Assembly (NCBI RefSeq): GCF_022045235.1
Contig: NW_027266286.1
Coordinates: 65,596,001 to 65,660,000 of the forward strand
Length of the DNA stretch: 64,000 bases
Origin: Haliotis cracherodii
Taxonomy: Eukaryota
Direction of reading: 5' to 3'
This document shows positions 36,001 through 45,000 of this stretch, piece by piece. The notes under the pieces were generated by a model, which saw only the letters and a program-made list of their open reading frames with translations, had not been told where the DNA came from and ran no database searches. The first letter of the stretch is position 1; each line of letters begins with the position of its first letter. A program made the position numbers and the translations under genes.

Positions 36001-39000
36001 CCTCTTCCTCTCACCCCTCCTGGCGGAGAGTGTCAAGTTGCTGGGTGAGTCCTCCCGCCCCCACTGCCCCCTGCCAACTTCCTCTTCCTTTCACCCCTCC
36101 TAGCAGAGAGTGTCAAGTTGCTGGATAAGTCACAGAGTAGAAGAAAGTGTCCTCCCGCCCCCACTGCCCCCCGCCAACTTCCTCTTCCTTTCACCCCTCC
36201 TAGCAGAGAGTGTCAAGTTGCTGGGTGAGTCACAGAGTAGAAGAAAGTGTCCTCCCGCCCCCACTGCCACCCGCCAACTTCCTCTTCCTTTCACCCCTCC
36301 TAGCAGAGAGTGTCAAGTTGCTGGATAAGTCACAGAGTAGAAGAAAGTGTCCTCCCGCCCCCACTGCCACCCGCCAACTTCCTCTTCCTTTCACCCCTCC
36401 TAGCAGAGAGTGTCAAGTTGCTGGATAAGTCACAGAGTAGAAGAAAGTGTCCTCCCGCCCCCACTGCCACCCGCCAACTTCCTCTTCCTTTCACCCCTCC
36501 TAGCAGAGAGTGTCAAGTTGCTGGGTGAGTCACAGAGTAGAAGAAAGTGTCCTCCCGCCCCCACTGCCACCCGCCAACTTCCTCTTCCTTTCACCCCTCC
36601 TAGCAGAGAGTGTCAAGTTGCTGGGTGAGTCACAGAGTAGAAGAAAGTGTCCTCCCGCCCCCACTGCCACCCGCCAACTTCCTCTTCCTTTCACCCCTCC
36701 TAGCAGAGAGTGTCAAGTTGCTGGATAAGTCACAGAGTAGAAGAAAGTGTCCTCCCGCCCCCACTGCCACCCGCCAACTTCTTCTTCCTCTCACCCCTCC
36801 TGGCGGAGAGTGTCAAGTTGTTGGGTGAGTCACAGAGTAGAAGGAAGTGTCCTTCTGCCTTCAGCGTGTGACGACGTTCATACAGTGTTCGTCTCTTACT
36901 TGTCATAATACATTAACATCAAGTACAAGATGTCAAAATGTCTGACAAGACAAACGTGACGGGAGAGATTTCTGAAGTTGTTCATGCGACTATAACAAGT
37001 GTTACTCATCACTGATCAATTAACTGATCATTGAAAGGTGATTGTAAAGATGTGTCCAATAGATTAAGATAAATTCATAGATTGCTGTAGACTGCCACTT
37101 AGTCTAGACACGGATCGAGTTGATACTACGATAGTTTGGATATGGCTTTCTAAGTTTTGTTCTCTAGAATGGGTTTTATCGAAGATATCCTTGAACAGGC
37201 ATGCAATCAAACTCTCTGACTTATCACAATGTATGATAAAACACTAATTTCAAGATAAAAGGGTCTAAATGATGAGAAACAAGGTTTCTGTAGTAATTTG
37301 TGCTTGGGAATTCCCAGGGGTTTCCCCAGGAATGTGGTAGTAGTCTGTCAGTGTTTACATCATTACAAAAATACGGTCTCGTGCAAAATGTATGAACGTC
37401 AAAATGTGTCATTCATATACTTATGGACCCGTGAAGATCCGGGGTAGGTCTTCAGCAACCAATGCTTGCTGTATAAGATGACTATGCTTGTCGTAAGAGG
37501 TGACTAACGGGATCAGGTTGTCGCTTACATGGTTAATGAAGGTCATTGTATCCCAATTATACAAATTATTATACAAAAAACAAACTTAAACTTATGAACT
37601 TCAGTTTCGCAGTCATGTGACCGATCTTTCGTCCAATGAAAAAGCTGTGTATCATGTAAGATTCACATTTAAAAATGTGTTTGTTTGTGTCCCCCAAGGA
37701 CTTGAAATGTAGATTATATACATCCATTCTCAATATCTGTTCTATCTCCCCCTGTAGATCTGTACCACAGCTATGAGGAGGTGGTTCCAATGATCCTAGA
37801 GCTGTTCTCGGAGATTGTCAACAAGCAGCTGTGCTACCTGAGTGAGGTCAGTCACCTGTCATGGTTCAAGTTTAAATAACATACCGTATTCTACATAATA
37901 AGCACCCAGGGCACTCTCAAAATTAGAAATTGGGGGCTCTTATTAGAATATTACTTTGGGGAAAAAAAGATTTGAAAGATCATAAATTTCGTGGTTTATG
38001 CTGACAGCCTGAAATGATACAAAAGAAAAGTCTGTAAGTATTATACATGACGGATATATTTTTCAGAATTTATTTGCCCATAATTAAGGGTGCATATAAC
38101 ACACGAGTGCGTATTATACACGAAAAAATAAGTCTTGTGTACATTGATCGATTGGAAGGGGTGCTAGTTGTGATTGTTCACTAGCCAATATATTAGCAAA
38201 TATCGCCGTGGGCGCTTATTAGAGCGGGGTGTTTATTATGTGCTATTTTCCAGAATTTATTTGCCCATAATTAAGGGTGCATATAACACACGAGTGCGTA
38301 TTATACACGAAAAAATAAGTCTTGTGTACATTGATTGATTGGAAGGGGTGCTAGTTGTGATTGTTCACTAGCCAATATATTAGCAAATATCGCCGTGGGC
38401 GATTATTAGAGCGGGGTGTTTATTATGTGCTATACGGTAGTTACTGCACACCCGTATCAACTGACTTTGGAAACACAATGTCTATGTTGATACACATTGT
38501 TAAGTGCCAGTCTCCTGTTTCTGTAATCTACAGGATTCAAATGTCCCTCCCACAACCCGGGGGAATTGTAGGATTGATTTTTGTGGCCATTTGCTTGTCA
38601 GTGTTTACTGTCATGGCATCTTGTGAACTGATGTTTATGCTGTTTTGTTTCCCAGATGAAGGCACGGAAGCTGTACGAGCTCAGTTTGTCGGCAATACAG
38701 ACCTACTCTAAGCACAACACAGGTAAGTTCAGACCTTCATATGATGAACACTTAAATCTGCCATTGTTCCAGGAGCAATGCTGTGTCATGGTAGACACAA
38801 TGTAGAAAAAGGTTCAGTCATGTTAATGAAGCCACATCATTTATATAATTTTATAGATACCCATGTTCTGTGTGTCAGGCAAGTGTCTCGGGGACGTGTA
38901 TTCAGGTCACGTTGTGTCTGGTGGATGTGTATTCAGGTCATGTTGTGTCTGGTGGACGTGTATTCAGGTCATGTTGTGTGACTGGTGGACGTGTATTCAG

Positions 39001-42000
39001 GTCGTGTTGTGTGTCTGGTGGACGTGTATTCAGGTCATGTTGTGTGTCTGGTGGACGTGTATTCAGGTCATGTTGTGTGTCTGGTGGACGTGATTCAGGT
39101 TACGTGTGTCTGGATGTGTATTCAGGTCATGTTGTGTGTCTGATGGACGTGTATTCAGGTCATGTTGTGTGTCTGATGGACGTGTATTCAGGTCAGGTCA
39201 TGTTGTGTGTCTGATGGACGTATATTCAGGTCATGTTGTGCGTCTGGTGGATGTGAATTCAGGTCATGTTGTGTGTCTGGTGGATGTGTATTCAGGTCAT
39301 GTTGTGTGTGTCAGGCAAGCGGCTGGTGGATGTGAGCGAAGAGGAGGAGAACAAATACCAGGACATCCTGCTGGTGATGGAGCTGCTCACAAACCTACTG
39401 TCCAAAGACTTCATCGACTTCGGAGAGCCAGGTAAAGTAAACTCACAGTACCCTCCAGGTGATTCCCTGTTATCTCTCACAGTCAGGTAGTACCCGTGAA
39501 GATCTGGGTCAGAATAGGCCTTCAGCAACCTAATGGGATCGGGTGTTCAGGCTCGCTGACTTGGTTGATGCATGTCATCAATCCCAATGGCGTGGATCGA
39601 TGTTCATGATGTAAATCACTGGATTGTCTGGTCCTGACTATATTATTTACCGACCACTGTCATATGGCTGGAATATTGCTGAGTGAGGCATTAAACAAAA
39701 CACAAACACAGTCAGGTAGCATGTGGTTGAAGTGTTCACACAGCTAAAACACTGGGTTTGTGAAGCCCAATTCACGGTATCTCCTGCTAGGAAACACTTA
39801 TGTAGCTGAAGCACTGCAGAGAGTGAAACATTAGTAAGTACTGCAACAACACAGAAAGCTTTTGCAGAAGTAGAAATTTTGTCAACATACATTCATGATC
39901 GAACAAATTAGATGTATGTAACAATAGCCTTCAGCCTAACAACTAGATTACATTTTTGGCTCACCTAAATGTCATGGCCAGTTGAAATGTCAACCATATT
40001 GAAAAACCTGTATGTGGCCATTACACTGCCATTTTTGTTCAAAATGTAATGAAATTTTGCACATGTGTGATTAGTATGAGTAATTGGTAGAAGTGAGACT
40101 CAACATTTATGTTCCGTTTGGGATATTTCAAACTTTGGCCTCTGAACTTCAACTATTTTGATAGCTGAAACTTCTTACCCACATTATGCAGTATGGCCAC
40201 TACGGCAGCCATATTGAAAAAGCTATGTTTACATAGTTAATAATTATTCACCTGTACTAGAGGTTAATAATGATGTAAGAATCTACATCAAAATGTCGAC
40301 ATAAGCAATAAACCTGAAGTTGTTATCCATACAGTTGTACATTTTCTTATTCTCCTGAACCGATGTGTTTGAAAAAGAGCTAAAAAGATTAAGCTACAAA
40401 GGTTTATTTCCCCTTGTCCGAATTAAGAAGACTTTAAGGCATGGCCTGTCTGATTGTATGTCACAAACCACTTTCTGATGTTAATTTGCAAGTAGGAGGC
40501 CTATAGGCTTATAGTGAAGATCCGGGGTAGAATAGGTCTTCAGCAACCCATGCTTGAAGTGAAAGGCAACTTAGCTTGTCATAAGAGGCGACTAACGGGA
40601 TCAGGTAGTCAGGCTCGCTGACTTTGTTGATGCATGTCATCGATCCCATTTGTGTTGATTGTTGCCGATGATGTCAATCACTGGATTGTCTGGTCCAGTC
40701 TCGATTATTTACAGACCGCCATCATATGGCTGGAATATTGCGGAGTGCGACGTTAAACAACAAACAAACAGACAAACAAAACTTTGTCCTTATATATCTA
40801 CAATGCTGCATACTTCAGATGAAAACGAGCCCAGTGACGGTGTGAAGATGGAGGGCGCCGATGTCGTCATGTACGGCCTCAGCATCATCATACCCCTAAT
40901 GAATGCTGAAATACTCAAGGTAATAATCACCTGTTTTGTTCTACTAACTTATGGGGGGAACGCCGAAGACCCGGGTTCGATTCCCGACAATGTGTGAAGC
41001 CCATTTCTGGTGTCCCCCACCGTGATATTGCTGGAATATTGCTAAAACCATACTCACTCACTACAAACTGGGGGCACGGGTGACCCAGTCGTCTAAGGTG
41101 CCGCGATTCGCTGTGCAGAGTTGCGTCCCTTGGGCCCGCCAGAAACCTATGATTGTGGGTTCGAATCCCGGTTGGCCCCGATTATGTTTCTAGGTTTGTC
41201 AGCACCATACCCGTGCCCGTGGGTTTCACCGAAGTGGTAAACGTCTGAGACCTGCATCACTTCGGGCTTTCCTCCAACATTAAGCTGACGTGCTGCGATA
41301 TAACTGGAATACTGTTAAAAGCGGCGTTAAACCCAACTCACTCACTCACTCATACTACAAACTTGCAGAGTACATCATAATATGAACTGGTGACTTGTAA
41401 GCTAGCTTAAGGTATGGTGGTTATGACTTTGCAGGGCTTGATTTAGCTATATTAAACATGCACCAGTGCAACCTGTTTTTGAAAAGTGCAACCTAATATA
41501 TATATTCCAACATTCGGCATTCCTCTGGAAGAGTACAAGCATGGATGTTGCTATATAATTGTAATAATCTTTAACACAATGTTAAACCCCATTTCACCTT
41601 GCCTCATCTCATTTCCTGAACCTGGAAAAGTTATCCTTGTTTCGACCTGTATTTGTGAAAATATCTTCCTGCTAAGGGAGATTATTTTGCAATTTTCATT
41701 GATGAACGTGTTAGAACAACCATAACAAATGTTTTATTTGGGGAACACTTTCTGAGTAAAGTAGAAATTCAAGTTCTTACACCATTATTACACAAGTGAT
41801 CTATTGTTGTTAGAACCTAAACCAAAATGTCGAACCTAATTGTAAAGAAGTTGTTCATCCATATATCTTATCCTAACTAAGTAGTCAAACTTCTAAATGC
41901 CTCTCAAAGAAGTTATTGTGACTGTTGTTCTTTTTTTCAGTTCCCGACGCTGTGCAGCCACTACTTCAAGTTGGTAGCCTTCCTCGGGGAAATCCATGCA

Positions 42001-45000
42001 GACAAGTTCCCCAAACTGCCGCCGGAACTCTTCAAGTCCCTCATGGCTTCCATCGAGCTCGGACTATCGGCGTATCCTTGTCATGCCAAGTGTCCAGGAT
42101 TCAATAGTGACATGTTTATGGTTATGGTTGGTGATGGTGATGTATCTGTAGGGCTAGCTGCAGGTCGAAATCCACTCACTCACTCAACCACTCACTCACT
42201 CACTCACTCAACCACTCAACCAACCACTCTCTCAACCACTCACTCAACCACTCACTCATCCACTCACTCAACCTCTCACTCACCCTCTCAAACACTCAAC
42301 CCAATCCCCCACCCACAATTTCTCCAGCATATGTCAGAGTGATGACCTCTACACTGACACATTATGTACTGATTGTGCCTATCTGTATGCTGCTGTAATG
42401 TACAAGTATATTGACCTTGACCTTTGACCCAGCTTTTCCCCTGAAACCACAAGGCTATGTCTGGAGGTGATATCGGAACTGGCATCCCACGCCTTCCAAA
42501 CCAGCCTGAACGTGCCCCACGTCCACGCAGCCCTGGCCCACTTCCTGGAGGTGAGTAGTCCAGTGTCAGGATGGCTGCCTGTTGGGGAACGACAGTCTGG
42601 TAAAAACACAGTTCAACTTACAAATTTACACTTCACAATGACCACGCAACGAATTGTCAACTTACACTCTACCCATAAGTTTGATTTTATCGTCATCATC
42701 AACATTCCTTTCAATGGTTGTGTGCTCAGAGGGTGAAAAATCAACCAAGAATTGCTGTTTCTGGATCTAAGGCTAAGAGATTCCACTGGTCCTAAATGTC
42801 AATGCTTGGTCCCATAATCTTGGATTAAAATGGTTCATCGTGCCGTGTGACGATCTTGTTCAATATCATGTACCTCTGATAGTGTTCGGGATGGTCGGGT
42901 AGCCTAGTTGTTAAAGCGTTCGCTCATCACGCCGAAGACCCGGGTTCGATTCCCGATATGGGTACAATGTGTGAAGACCATTTCTGGTGTCCAACGCCGT
43001 GATATTGCAGGAATATTGCTAAAAGTGCTAAAACAATACTCACTCAGTCACTCTGATAGTGTTCATATTATCATCTACATGAACCCTGGCAGAATCAAGT
43101 GGTTAGGCTCACTGACTTGGTTGATGCATGTCATCTTATCCCAATTGTAGATTGTGTATTTATAGTAACAATTTTCATTGGAGGTTCAATGTATGTTTGG
43201 ACTGTTAGTAAGTAATATATCTTTGGATTATTAACATTTCTAAACTCAGATGGAAATATAGATTAAAAATGATTGTTTTGTTATCAATTTGAATTGATTT
43301 GGAAATGAGCTGGTTCATCAGACCTACTGACCATTAAAATGCTTGATCTCCCCTGAAATGTGGCTGATCTTGGACCTCGAACTTGTTGAGTTTCAACCAC
43401 TGGTTCTAAAGCATCCTCTTATATATAATGACCTGTGAAGATTCCGGGGTAGAATAGGTCTTCAGCCACCCACACTTCCCGTAAAAGGCGACTATGCTTG
43501 ACGTAAAAGGCGACTAACGGGATTGGGTGGTCAGGCTGGGTTATTTACAGACCCCCATCATATAGCTGGAATATTGCTGAGTGCAGCGTAAAACAACAAA
43601 CCAGCCAACTATAGCTAGATTTCCGAAATGTAGACATGATGTACTGGTATGTGATCTTATCCGAGTTGAATTAAAGGATATGTAATTCCAGTTTTCAGGA
43701 TTTGGGGTCCGAACACATCTGACCACAACCTACAAAACTCTGATATTATCCTGAGACTACAGTAGCTTCTACTAACTAGACAGATTACATGGGAAATGCT
43801 ATCAGCTACAGCCCGTCTCATTCTGTGTACCAGTGTGGTATTCATCACTGGTCTGTCTGTGCCAGGCCTGGCACTACTCACCTAGTGGGGATTCGGGATT
43901 AGAATAGATTAGAATAAATCCCCAGCAACCTATGCTGGTTGCAAAAGGTGACTGGGTGATCAGGTTTGGTGATTTGGTTCATGGCATGTCATCATTCCTT
44001 AATGGTGTGGACCCGTGAAGATTCCGGGTTAGAATAGGTCTTCAGCAACCCATGCTTGCCGTAAAAGGCGACTATGCTTGTCATAAAAGGCGACTAACAG
44101 AATCGGGTGGTCAGACTCGCTGACTTGGTTGATGCATGTCACCGATCCCGATTGCGTGGATCGATGCTCATGATATTAATCACTGGATTGTCTGATCCAG
44201 ACTCGATTATTTACAGACCGCCGTCATATAGCTGGAATATTGCTGAGTGCGGCGTTAAACAACAAACCAACCAGCCAACCAACTTAATGGTGTGGATCTA
44301 TTGTGATATCAATCACTGGATGGTCTGTGCGGTCAAGTGGCTGGAATATTGCGGAGAGTGACGTTAAGAATCTGGTGTGTGTGTTCCAGCTGGTGTTCCA
44401 CATGCTGCTTCTGGAAAGTTTCGACATGGACCTGCTGGAGCCGGCCAGTACATCACTCTTCTGCCTCATCTGCTGCCATCAGGTAGGTCACGGCAACAGA
44501 AACACAAAACAAGAACATTTGTTTTTGCGCCTGTTTGAAATAAAATATGGAAGTTAAAGTGTCCTTGTCAAAATATTGGTGTTTTTATTACGGATTTAAG
44601 GTGACTTTGTGTTAATATGTACCACTCAAAATAAGTAAACCTCACACCACCGCACAGCAATGCACAGCACCGCACCGCACCGCACACCACCACACAGCAC
44701 CACACAGCANNNNNNNNNNNNNNNNNNNNNNNNNNNNNNNNNNNNNNNNNNNNNNNNNNNNNNNNNNNNNNNNNNNNNNNNNNNNNNNNNNNNNNNNNNN
44801 NNNNNNNNNNNNNNNNNNNNNNNNNNNNNNNNNNNNNNNNNNNNNNNNNCAGCACACCACCACACAGCACCACACAGCACCGCACACCACCGCACAGCAC
44901 CGCACCGCACCGCACCGCACCGCACCGCAACGCACCGCACACCACCGCACACCACCGGACACCGCACCACACACCACCGCACACCACACACAAACACACC

